DNA of 64,000 bases from Eledone cirrhosa (Eukaryota). Below are positions 25,365-37,493 of the stretch, piece by piece. The stretch spans positions 147,622,001-147,686,000 of the forward strand of contig OZ024743.1 of the NCBI GenBank assembly GCA_964016885.1, in the 5' to 3' direction. The notes below the pieces were generated by a model that ran no database searches, was not told where the DNA came from, and was given only the letters and a program-made list of their open reading frames with translations. A program made the translations under genes and the position numbers. The first letter of the stretch is position 1; each line of letters starts with the position of its first letter.

Positions 25365-25375
<11 letters not shown>
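25143..25375 (+). mobile_element. Small element with ~55-bp inverted ends and an HHR-like core (25200-25236)
   Basis: 25143-25199 is inverted at 25319-25375; TTGATAA-gctt cgacaa aagc-GAAAC-aaggcctt-GTC. Confidence 0.7.
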
Positions 25376-25440
<65 letters not shown>

Positions 25441-25444
<4 letters not shown>

Positions 25445-25885
25445 GTACATACATACACGTGTACAGACGTACAGTAGTATATATATACATACATGCACAC
25501 ATATATATATATATGTACGTTAATATGCATAAGGAAAGTATATACATTCAGACGTTCAATCATCTGGCAGGAAGGTATACGATGCTGACGATAGCTAATA
25601 AGCTTGAAACTAGTACATCGTTCCTTTGTCAGTGTTGAACAAAAGGTCAACGATGGTTGCTAAACACTGTACGGCTTAATTCGGGCTGTTTGTTTACAAA
25701 CAAACCGAGCATTATAATAAATGTTCGGTAAACCCATACGTACATATATATATGTGTGCATGTATGTATTTTATATACATATTACTGTACGTCTGTATAC
25801 ATATATGTATGTACGTATACATACTTATATTTAAGTAACAGCCGTACTAAGAGTGAGAAATGAAATTCCGTTTCACTTTTTCTAT
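25441..25885 (+). repeat. Family E unit with 5' inverted segment; HHR at 25580-25620
   Basis: cgatg-CTGACGA-tagc taataa gctt-GAAACTAGTA-catcg; 25441-25520 is inverted relative to ~25737-25825. Confidence 0.9.
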
Positions 25886-28303
25886 ATATATATACATATA
25901 GGTTTAAGCCTAGCCATTTTACATAGCTATATGTAAAATATGTGTGGCTAATATTTACAAAAATACTTATACCAAGGCGTACATAAAATTCAATACACTA
26001 TCAATTACAATTCATTTGAATTCCTTATATAGTGTATTTTGGTTCCTTTGATTACTTTGATATATACCACATAAAATAATGTTACGGGCAATTACTCATC
26101 AGACAGATACACCTTACTCATTCACTTAAATTTGGTTAACATATAATGATTAAAATACATACATACTTACATACATACATAGATGGCTGCTCTCGTGCAA
26201 TGCCTGTGCGTGAAGATTGTTTTGAAAGTGAGGAAAGACTGTGCACTGAGCCAATCCCACTCTCTGAGGACAGTAGCTATAACCCGAAAAGAAGAAAATA
26301 TCAATATCATTGGTAACTACTGCGCCGCATGTTTTATGCGGGATTTATCCCAGTTTCCCATACATACAAACATACATATCAACGGACCAAAGAGTGAGGT
26401 TGCAGAGCCTATGAGCTGTGAGATGCACAATTCAAGTTTCCAGCAATGGAATTGCAGAAAATATATTGTTGGTTAAACTGTTCAATTTTTAAAGATGAGT
26501 AATTTAAACAAGATGCCATGACATTGTTTAAAATACTATATCCCAATTATGTGAGAATAACTTATGGGATTTGCTGTGTTTAGTTTTGGTTATGCGTGGG
26601 GTGTAGAGGGGCTTACTTAACAGGTTGCCTAACAGGTAGCTTCTGTCACCACCAGTCAATGGTTAGGGTTCAGGCCAGAGATGCCATGGAAGTTAGCTCA
26701 GTACTGGAGGAGTTCCGACTGCGCAACTGACATTATGTAACATAGATTCTGGGAGGGAAGCATTGCCTGCAATGTGTAGTAATCAGTCATGATAAAGCAG
26801 TGTTTGAATAATTGATAGGTGCAGAAACAGTGATGGTTTGGTAAAAGGTGTGCTTGAGGATAGCAGAATATTCGGCTTCTGCATCCGCAGTATAATTATA
26901 GGATTAAGAAGATGAGTGTAATAAAAGAGTTGTTATTGCTGAAGTCAACAGGAACAATAAATTCAGAGTTGAGGCGACATATTTGTTTACTATGCAAAAC
27001 ATATTATCGAAGAATTGTTGGCAAGTGTAGGAATCTATCGAACGTTTGAGAATTCAGATGTATTTTCAGAAGTAGATTGAGTACAGTTTGAACGATAGTC
27101 TTTTATCTTATATTCAGGGGAGAGAAATAGAGTGAAATCAGCATGTCCGAAAACACCACCTTTTAGATGTGAAATTTGAATAGAGCGTAATTTCTACAAT
27201 AGAGATATGGTATAGATAATACTTGAGTGATTCGTCTATTGGCGAGGACCATTAAATGTGGTTGCTATATTAGGAGTGGGGTTTCAGTGGAATCTCATTT
27301 GGAAATTGGGCATTAAAGAAGGGAAGGTAGACTTGTCTGGCGCATTTAATGTGTTCATTTTTGCATCACAAAATGAGTAAAATATATTGGTGTATTTTGA
27401 AATTACGATAACCTTGTCTTCCATCCTTCCTGAGACTATAAAATTAGCATCAGTCAAAAGCCGATTTTCGAATAATTCGACTATTCTGTTCATTCAACTT
27501 TATGATCTTGTGCCTCAAATTTGAAGGAAGTGAATATTATCGTTTTTATTATGAAATAGTTTAGAGATATAAAGACCAAATGCAATGTTATATTTAGTTC
27601 CATCCTTCCTAGATCAATTTACATTCAAATCCTGCTGATTTAGACTTTTGCCCTTTATCCTTCTAAAATCAGAAATAATATATGTGCAATTTAAGGCTAA
27701 ACAATTTAACACTTGCACTCTGTATATATCGTTAGTGTTGTATTCATAGAATACATCAGTTCTGAGGGGAAATAAATAATCCAGCGAAAAATAAAACGAA
27801 AAAAAAAAAACACAATAAATGTATTTTCTAAATTTGAAAGCAAACCAAAAGAAGAAAACATATTTTCTTAATAGTAATGTTGAAGAAGCAGGTTCAATTT
27901 CTTTTAAAATTTTGATATTTTTCACCCCATTCCTTCATACATAATATTTTACTATTTTTTTTTATGGCAACCTATTCTGACGTCTGTTATTAAGCAAGCT
28001 GTGACTGAAATAGCCTCCGGTCTCTTTTATTTACTTAGTTAAAAATCATTCGGAAGATTGGAATATCTGGCCTGAAGTTGGCACTTGTTATTTTGCAATG
28101 AGAACTAAGAAAAAAGAAAACTTGAATGAGGAGGTTGAAGATGAGGAGGGAAAAATAAGAAAAAGGTGATGGAAGAAAAGAAGAGGAACAAAAACTAAAA
28201 GGAAAACAAGACAAAAAGAAAAGAAAGCATAACGAAGTAAGAAAAAGAAGAAATGGCAATAAAGAATGTAGAAGAGAGAGACGGCATTGGAGGAGGAAGT
28301 GTT

Positions 28304-28365
<62 letters not shown>

Positions 28366-28406
28366 TTTAGTAATAATATTAGCAGAAGAAGAATAAGAGG
28401 AAGCAA

Positions 28407-28477
<71 letters not shown>

Positions 28478-28478
<1 letters not shown>

Positions 28479-31400
28479 GGACGGACAGAGAAGAGGGGGG
28501 AAAAAGTAAAACTTAAAAAACAAAAACTAAGTCAGACATTCGAATACTACATTACAATGAAACTTATGCTTATTCATTTTTGGGGCCCTTTCTGCCCGTG
28601 TGTTTGTTTGTTTATGTGTGTTCGTATACAGCGTGGTGATAATGCCACACAAGGGCCAAGTGGGATGGCGGATCCACAGATGGCTATGTAAACATACATT
28701 CGCCAATCCTCGATAAGAGTGTTTAAATATCGAACATAAACAGTTCGAATAACGGTGAAATGGAGACTAGAACGTCATGTGACAGACTCTCACCCAACAG
28801 GTGCCCCCTGGCTCAGCAGCAGGAACCTGACTGTCAACCAAATACTGCTGATGTTGGAGGAAGAAGAAGGAAAGGGGCCAGAACCAACTGGACGAAAGAA
28901 TTGAATAGAACTGTTATGCAATGCTACCTGAAAAGTAACCCCAAGGAGAGGGGCTACAGGAGACGGATGCATAACATCTGGAACGAGATTGGTTTATTTA
29001 AATTAGATGAACAAAAATTGGCCGGGCAGGCTCGGGTAATAAGAACTAATGGGTGGATAAGCGAGCTGGAACTGGAGGAACTGAGCAGAGAGAATGGCTT
29101 GGAGATGGCGGGTGTAGTATGCCAGACAAGCGAGCCGGTGGGAAATGAAGGTGAGGAGGTCCTGAGAACGGAGGAACCACCCGAAGCAGACAATGATCTG
29201 AATACTGAGATAAATAATACCTGGAACAGAGATACGGCCACTGAGGAGATGAATGCTGACGGGCTAGGACAAGATTCGGTTGACATCCTAAATCTAGTGG
29301 TAGATGAATTGAACAATGATAGTGGGAGACCTATGAACCTAAGATTTGTAGACAGGAAAAAGTTAAAAGAAACAACAGCTAAGGTAAACAAAGTCATCCC
29401 ATACCTTGAGGCGAGGAGTCTTCACCAGTGCAACAATATCCTCAAAGCAACAGCAAATACGGTGAGGAAACTACTTGGTATAAAAGCGAGAGGAAACAAC
29501 AGACAAGAAAGAGCAGAGCCGTGGTGGAAGAAGCGACTGAGTGGGCAAATCGGGGAAATGAGAAATGACATAGGAAAGCTTGAGTCACTACTGAATGGGA
29601 CACTAAAAAACATAGGCACTAAAAATAGACTGGAAATAAAATACAAAACTAGGAGTAAAAAGCTAAATATTATCATAGAGGAATTGAAGCAACGCATTGT
29701 AGCAAAGAGTGCCAAAATCAGGCGATACGAGAACAGAGTCAGTCAGTATAAACAGAACCGCATGTTCGACAACAACCAGAAGATGCTGTTTGGACAGCTT
29801 GAGGGGAAAGAAAGAGGCAACGACTTGATCCCTGGGGCGGAACAAGCTAAAACATTCTGGAGAGGAATATGGGAGCAGGATGTTAGACACAATGCCCAGG
29901 CAGGGTGGATTGAGACAGTACAGAGGGAGATCGGTGAGAAGGCACAACAACAGACTGATTTGAGTATCACAGTTGAAACTCTTAAGGGGCAAGCCAAAAA
30001 ACTAACCAACTGGAAATCACCAGGCCCAGATGGTGTGCAGGGGTATTGGATTAAACATTTAACATCCCTCCACTCGAAGCTGACGGCCATGTTCAATGAC
30101 TGCTTGGTGTCGGGTGAGGTGCCAGAGTGGTTGACAAAAGGTACCACAGTTCTGATAATGAAAGACCGAATCAAGGGTAATGATGTTACCAACTATAGAC
30201 CTATCACATGTCTGCCCGTAATGTGGAAACTGTTGACGAGCATTGTGTCTGAGGAAATCTACCATCACCTCCACACAAACAACTTGTTACCGGACGAACA
30301 GAAAGGATGCCGAAAGAAGTCACGTGGTACAAAGGACCAGTTGCTTATTGATAAGATGGTAATGGGGAATTGCAGGAGGAGACACACTGATCTTGCCATG
30401 GGATGGATAGACTACAGAAAGGCATTTGACATGGTGCCTCATTCCTGGATCACCAAAAGCCTGGAGGTCTTCAGGGTGGCAGATAACATCAGACAGTTGC
30501 TGGGCAGGAGTATGGGGTCCTGGGAGATAGAGTTGACATCAACTGGAATATCCTTGGGAAGCGTGAAGATCAAGAGAGGTATCTTCCAGGGAGATAGCCT
30601 GTCCCCTCTGTTGTTTGTCCTTGCCCTGATGCCCTTGACCATTATGCTGCGAAAAGTGAGAGCAGGATACAAGTTGGGAAGGGGAGAGCTTACCATCAAT
30701 CACCTCCTCTTCATGGACGATCTTAAGCTCTTCGGGAAAAGTGAGAAGGAGTTGGATGTGCTTGTTGACACTGTCCGTATTTTCAGCAGTGATATATGTA
30801 TGCAGTTTGGTATTGGTAAATGTGGAGTCATTGTGATGAAGAGGGGTAGGTTGAGCAGAAGTAACGGGATCCAGATACCAACAGGTGAGATGATAAAGGA
30901 AATTGACTGTGAGGAAGGATACAAGTATTTGGGCGTTCTGGAGGCTGATGGCATAAAGAACAAAAAAATGAAGGAATTGTTAAGAACTGAATACATTCGG
31001 AGAGTAAGGAGCGTATTGAAGTCACATCTGAACAGCAGAAATGCCATAAGCGCAGTAAATTCCCGAGCTGTGTCTATTATTAGGTACAGTGCGGGAATTC
31101 TGAGATGGAATGTTGCTGAACAAAAAGAAATGGATAGGAAGACTAGGAAGCTATTGACTATCTACAACATGTTCCACAAGAGGAGTGATGTCGATAGACT
31201 CTACCTAAGGAGATCTGAGGGTGGAAGAGGTCTTATCAGCATAGAGGACTGTGTTCAGATGGAGAAAAACAACCTATACAAATACGTGACCTATAGTAAG
31301 GAGCCAATGCTCAGAACTGTACTGAAGGAGGGGACAGTAGGCCAGGGATGTCCAAGGAGGAAATAACATCAAGGAGGAAGAGCAGCCTTAAGGGAAAATC

Positions 31401-32222
31401 CCTTCATAGTACCTTCTTTGAGAAAACTGAATTTAGAGATCCACAGACATGGAACTGGTTGAGAAGAGGAGACCTCAAAAAGGCTACAGAAGGAATGCTA
31501 ATGGCTGCGCAGGAGCAGGCCCTCAAAACGAAGTGGTTGAAGCACCATATCTACAAGGAGGAGGCTAGCCCACTGTGCAGGATCTGTGGAGAGAGAGAGG
31601 AGACTGTGGCTCACATTGTGTCCGAGTGTAAACACCTAGCCCAGACCCACTATAAGGGCTGGAAACACGATATGATGGGCAGGGTGATCCACTGGCACCT
31701 GTGCAAAGTAAACAATCTACCACATTCTGAGAAATGGTATGAGCATAGGCCAGAGGCGGTGATGGAGAACAGTTAGGTGAAGGTGCTGTGGGATTTTAGG
31801 ATACAGACGGACAAAAAACTGGAACACAATAGACCTGACCTGGTGGTTGTGGACAAAGAAAAAAGATCGTGCCTGATTGTGGATGTGGCCTGCCCGTTCG
31901 ACACGAGAGTGCAAGAGAAGGAGAGAGAGAAAATTAACCGATACCAGGACCTAAAGTGGGAGGTGAAAAGGATTTGGAACTGCCATGAAGTCAAAGTGAT
32001 CCCGATTGTCATAGGCGCACTGGGGACTATCTCCAAAGGTTTCCAGGGATGGTTAAAGAAAATCGGCCCCTTCACGCTTTTTGGAACGCTTCAAAGGCAT
32101 GCTTGCTTGGAACAGCAAGAACCCTCCGATACGTCCTGAATATCTGAGGCTGCAGGTAGTGGCTTGATATTCAATCCAACGGACTTTCCAGTTAACCAAC
32201 ATCAATGACTGAGATTCAAGGA
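28478..32222 (+). mobile_element. Near-full-length R4/Dong-clade non-LTR retrotransposon between (TAA)n tracts
   Basis: Single long ORF with RT, CCHC finger and restriction-like endonuclease; (TAA)n at 28408-28477 and 32224-32302; exact 5' boundary uncertain. Confidence 0.9.
28760..32147 (+). pseudogene. RT + CCHC + REL endonuclease ORF; intact for 868 aa, then frameshift ~31355, TAG 31774-31776, frameshift ~32095
   Basis: WKSPGPDGVQGYW, YRPITCL, IDYRKAFD, GIFQGDSLSPLLF, HLLFMDDLKLF, YKYLG, CRICGEREETVAHIVSEC, HNRPDLVVVD...IVDVACPFD...EKINRY, IPIVIGALG. Confidence 0.95.
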
Positions 32223-32233
32223 ATAACAATAAC

Positions 32234-32304
<71 letters not shown>

Positions 32305-32519
32305 GAAGAAGAAGAATGAATGAATTTGGGAAAAGATGGAGGAGAGAAAGTACACTAAAAATGTTAAGAGAAATAAATAGGGAGGCAGGTAAATAAAGAA
32401 AGTAGAAGTAATAGTTGTAATAGTAGTTTCAGAGTTGTTGATGGTGATAATTGTACTGGTAGTTGTAGCAGTGGTTTTTGGTAATGATGCTGACGATAGT
32501 AGGGTTGGGGGGATCTAGC

Positions 32520-32535
32520 AGTGGTAGTAATAGTT

Positions 32536-32605
<70 letters not shown>

Positions 32606-32615
32606 CAACAGCAGC

Positions 32616-32658
<43 letters not shown>

Positions 32659-32720
32659 ATAGCAATAGCAGCAGTAGCAGCAGTAGTAGTAGTAGTAGTA
32701 GTAGTAATCGTAGTAGTTGT

Positions 32721-32755
<35 letters not shown>

Positions 32756-32765
32756 TAGTAGTAGT

Positions 32766-32800
<35 letters not shown>

Positions 32801-32980
32801 CAGTAATAGTAGTAGTAGTAGTAGTAATAGTAGTAATCGTAGTAGCAGTAGCAGCAGCAGCAGCAACAGTAGTAGCAGCAGCAGCAGTAACAGCAGCAGC
32901 AGTAGTAGTAGTAGTAGTAGTAGTAGCAGCATCAGCAGCATCAGCAGCAGTAGTTGTTGTTGTTGCTGTTGTAGTAATTT
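32520..32980. repeat. Compound (AGT)n/(AGC)n trinucleotide array
   Basis: Direct reading; source of the poly-S, poly-V and poly-L ORFs. Confidence 0.95.
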
Positions 32981-34107
32981 AAATAATGAATAATAAGAAT
33001 TGATGGCGGTGGAAAAAAAAAGACAAAGAGTCGACAAAGAAATGAGGAATAGTATAAATGAAGAGAGGCGGAAAGCTTAAAACAAGTGGAACCAAAGAAA
33101 AGGAGGGAAATATACAGCAACAGATACAAACAACGCAAACGAAAAATAATCAACTTTAATACTTTTCGCTTGTTTTGATAAATGGGAATTTATTTTAACA
33201 GCAAGTTAAAAGTTAAGAATTCGGAAAAATATACCAAATACACAGACATGTGATTACGTAATTACACACACGCGCACGCACACACATACACACACCCATA
33301 TATATATACACATATATATACATAAATATATACATATATACATATATATATATTTATTAAAATAACAGATTAATGTTTAAGCAAAGAATCGCTGCTTTCA
33401 CTCTTAACGGGATTTTCTGAAACTCGTATATATATATGCACATTCATATATATGATATGTGAATATGCATATATTTATATATATATACATACATATAAAT
33501 GTAAATAGCGAAATTAATGTGAGCAAGAAGCCAACAGTATTTCATAATATATAAGTGACTATAACGTCAAGATGGAAAATATTTAACGTAAGATATGGGA
33601 AAATAATTCAAACTCAATTAAAAAAAAGTCAAGACAGAAATTTTATCCTCAGATTTTGTGAAATCCAGGGATAAAACCAATAGAGTCTTAACTCAGAATA
33701 AAATTAAGGTTAAATACTTATCCATATATATATATATATATATATGCACATACATAAATATATTCACACATATATATATGGATGTGTGGGTCATGAACGG
33801 AAGTGATGTGGGAAATGGTGTTTCGTCAACGAAAAGGAGCAGTAAAACTGTTTTTTTCATGTGGAATGGCGATCCTAATAGGTAATATCATAATTGACTC
33901 CAAAAAGCTTTACATTATCGTTAGACTAATGAGAGTATGACTTGAAGATGTACAGTTTGATATAGGGGACGAACCATATCACAAACAAAACCATAAATGA
34001 GAGAGGGCATATCTGTCTAATAGAGGCAATGTTATACTGCGCTTCTAGCATCACTTTTCACGAATCTCAGAACTGCAATAGATAATAAACTCAGTCATTA
34101 ATGAATA

Positions 34108-34540
34108 TCCCGCCAAGATTGACTTTGCCTTTCATCCTTACGGGGTCGATAAAATAAAGTACCAGTAATGCACTGGGTATTTGCTGGCCTTGTGCCTAAC
34201 GTAGAAACAATTAATGAATTGGCACTATCGGTAGAGGGTCGGAGGTCATGCTTTGACGCACAGAGTTACAGCCCTTTCTATTCTGAGTTCAAATCCCGCC
34301 GAGGTCAACTTTGCCTTTCATCCTTACGGGGTCGATAAAATATATTACCAGTAATGTACTGGGTAATTGCTGGCCCTGTGCCAAAAGTAGAAACAATTAT
34401 TTATTTTAGTATGATATAATATCAGTTTCTACTTTTGGTACAAGGCCAGCAATTATCCCAGTACATTACTGGTTCTTTATTTTATTGACCCTGTAAGAAT
34501 GAAAAGCAAAGTTAACCACGGCGGGATTTGAACTCAGACC
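34108..34540. mobile_element. Cluster of three SINE copies (34108-34214 +, 34215-34402 +, 34424-34538 -)
   Basis: Shared body with 730-895; the last copy is inverted relative to the second. Confidence 0.85.
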
Positions 34541-34877
34541 ATAATCTAATATAATGTGGTATAAAAAGGGCAGTTTACCCTTTCACTAAATAAGTCTGCC
34601 CTCATCATAAACTTTTGATTAGCCCCAACCCGACCGTTATCTATATAAAAATGGTGAAGGTGATGTAAGGCAATAAGAAATACAAGAGTATATAAGTAAC
34701 CAACTCTCTCAGAAGTAACTTGTCCTCCTTCTGCTGTTAAATCAACAAACAACGTGTTATACAAGCCGCTTCTGATAATTTCAATTTATTTCTGTTTGGG
34801 TGATGTAGATTTCCATTTTTTCATCACTCTCACTCTACGTAACATACAATCCTTCCCTCTATCTTTCTTTTTCTCTG

Positions 34878-34992
<115 letters not shown>

Positions 34993-35195
34993 GTGTATGT
35001 GTATAAGTTTGCGTGTGTGCCTGCATGCATATTTATGTGTGGCATCTGTAATATTTTCTACATTACTATCATCCTCTTTGTATCATTTCACTTTCCCTTT
35101 AGTTTTCAACTTCTCAACAACAAAATTAACTCAATGTTATTTCTGACAAATAGCTTTATATGCATATGTATATATATATATGTTTGAAGCGAAAT

Positions 35196-35236
<41 letters not shown>

Positions 35237-35311
35237 TAAAACATGTCTATAGAATCACAAGATAAAATATATACTATTTCCTCTCCCAATTAGCATAATT
35301 AACTATATAAA

Positions 35312-35362
<51 letters not shown>

Positions 35363-35994
35363 TGAAGCGAAATCCTATTTCTATTCTATAAGTTGGTTCA
35401 ACTTATGCAGCTTCATATACAAATGAGATTAATCACCTCATTTACACACATTGGGAAACTATATATTCTCGACTGTTCTCAAGTCCAGCAGTTGCAAACT
35501 GATGAAGCCCAGTCAAGCCTGAAATGCATAGACGGTTGTCCCCGGTGTTTACATAGCTACGGCTTCCTAAATTTTTCCTGTAAACATACCGTGTTTCTTT
35601 AGAAATACGAAATTTTTATACATATCTGTATAAAGCTTTGTTTGAAGCAAAATCCTATTTTTAATATATATATGTATTAAAATAACAGATTAGAGTTTAA
35701 GCAAAGGATCGCTGCTTTCACCCTTAATGGAACTTCTGATATTAAAAAATTAATCTGTGAACGCAGAAGTAAATATTTCGAAAAACGTTGCAACCGAAGG
35801 AAGACAGGAAGACGATGCTTTGGTTCGTGGAGACGTGCCTGGCAAAGAACGAAAAAAAAAACGAAGATAGTATGTCATTATTTGGAGCGTTGAGAACAAT
35901 TACACACAAAGACAAAACCACGTTTATGGTATAACTGAAGTTGTAGACTAAAATTCTATTTAGGAAACCGAATGATTCTCAGCTTCAGAGTTAA

Positions 35995-36092
35995 GAATAA
36001 TAGTTTCTACTTTAGGCACAAGGCCAGCAATTACCCAATTCATTACTGGTACTTTATTTTATCGACCCCGTAAGGATGAAAGGCAAAGTCAG
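35995..36092 (-). mobile_element. SINE 3' half
   Basis: Reverse complement of TGACTTTGCCTTTCATCCTTACGGGGTCGATAAAATAAAGTACCAG... Confidence 0.85.
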
Positions 36093-36324
36093 AGAATAAT
36101 GTAAATAAATTAGAGTTTATTGAAATCAACAATAATTAAATATACACACGCACGCATCCATATACGTACATACACATGCATACGCGAAAACACCCGCCAT
36201 GGGTATGCAAATACAGGCAAGTACGAAAAACACGCGCACACATACAAATCCCATGCAACGCCTGTACCTGCACACACACGAACGTGTACACCAAATACCC
36301 ATAAAACATATATATAATATATAT

Positions 36325-36360
<36 letters not shown>

Positions 36361-36559
36361 CACGTGTGTGTGTGTGCGTATACATATATAAATGTGTGCG
36401 TGTGTATACGTATACATATATAAATGTGTGCGTGTATACGTATATAAATACACACACATAAATACGTATATAACGCACGCACAAACATGCCCACATGTAA
36501 ATACACATATGTTCGCTAAACGTCAAGACGTAAATTATCCGCGTATAGTTCGTTCTATC

Positions 36560-37228
36560 TGTTAGGGTATAATGTGGGACTTTAATACAGGAATGTTTTG
36601 TGCAATTTATGTTTACAAGCCGAAATTGCCTCAGTTTTTTTTGTTTAAGATGTGGTCATTGGCGTAGAGTAGTTTCAGGGCTTCAGCGGCGCAGAAGTCA
36701 CATGGTCTGTTATTTCCGTTATACGATCTAGCTTTTAGCAAGGATCTCCCAGTGTAACCTATATTGGGTGTGGTTGTCCTTTAGACTCCAGATATAAGCT
36801 GAAAGTGACGTCATATTCCTTCTTAAAGGGTTAAGAAAATAATGGGTATGTATGTAAAGACGCTGCTTGAATCGATTGGTGGTTAACCCTGTGTAGGCCT
36901 TACAGGACGTGGGTGTTTCAACCTTACATTTGTAGACAATGTTACTAGAGAGGCATTTCCAGGATCGGGGGCAGTCAAACCGATTCTTACAATTACAGTT
37001 AGTACTAGCTACAGGGTTGCACGTGTTCCTACGGCTAGGTAGTTTAGCTAAATTTGAAGCTGTGATGTTATATGCAAGGTTAGGAGTCGTAGAGTAAGAA
37101 ATGTTAATGCTATTTCTATTAAAAAATGTTATGATATTTATGTGCTGGTGGGAAATGCTTCATAATAACGGAGAGAAAGATCTTCGATAATGGTGTCCAC
37201 CTCCTTATCATGTGGTGGGTTATACCAT
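36560..37228 (-). pseudogene. Third Penelope-like (Naiad-type) fragment: linker + GIY-YIG, frameshifted; absent from the ORF track
   Basis: Manual translation: IWYNPP, HFPPAHKYHNIF, SYSTTPNL, NCNCKNRFDCP..KCLSSNIVYKC...AYTGLTTNRFKQR, LSAYIWSLK, CDFC, LNKK..ISACKH. Confidence 0.85.
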
Positions 37229-37325
37229 ATAATTGTTTCTACTTTAGGCACAAGGCCAGCAATTACCCAGTTCATTACTGCTACTTTATTTTATCGACCC
37301 CGTAAGGATGAAAGGCAAAGTCAAC
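37229..37325 (-). mobile_element. SINE 3' half
   Basis: Near-identical to 35995-36092. Confidence 0.85.
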
Positions 37326-37423
37326 CATAATGCGTCGGGATCTATTTTCCTAGGTCTATGCTCATACTCGGTATATGCTACATTATCGACAAATCCACTA
37401 CTGATGTTGATCATTGCTGCTGT

Positions 37424-37493
<70 letters not shown>

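Noticed and set aside
26380-27500. Possible ancient CR1/L2-type LINE remnant on the minus strand
   Set aside because: Composition is suggestive, but I could not recover a diagnostic motif by eye.
35499-35530. CTGATGA...GAAATGCATA
   Set aside because: Stems I and II pair poorly; at best a decayed HHR, so not listed as a feature.
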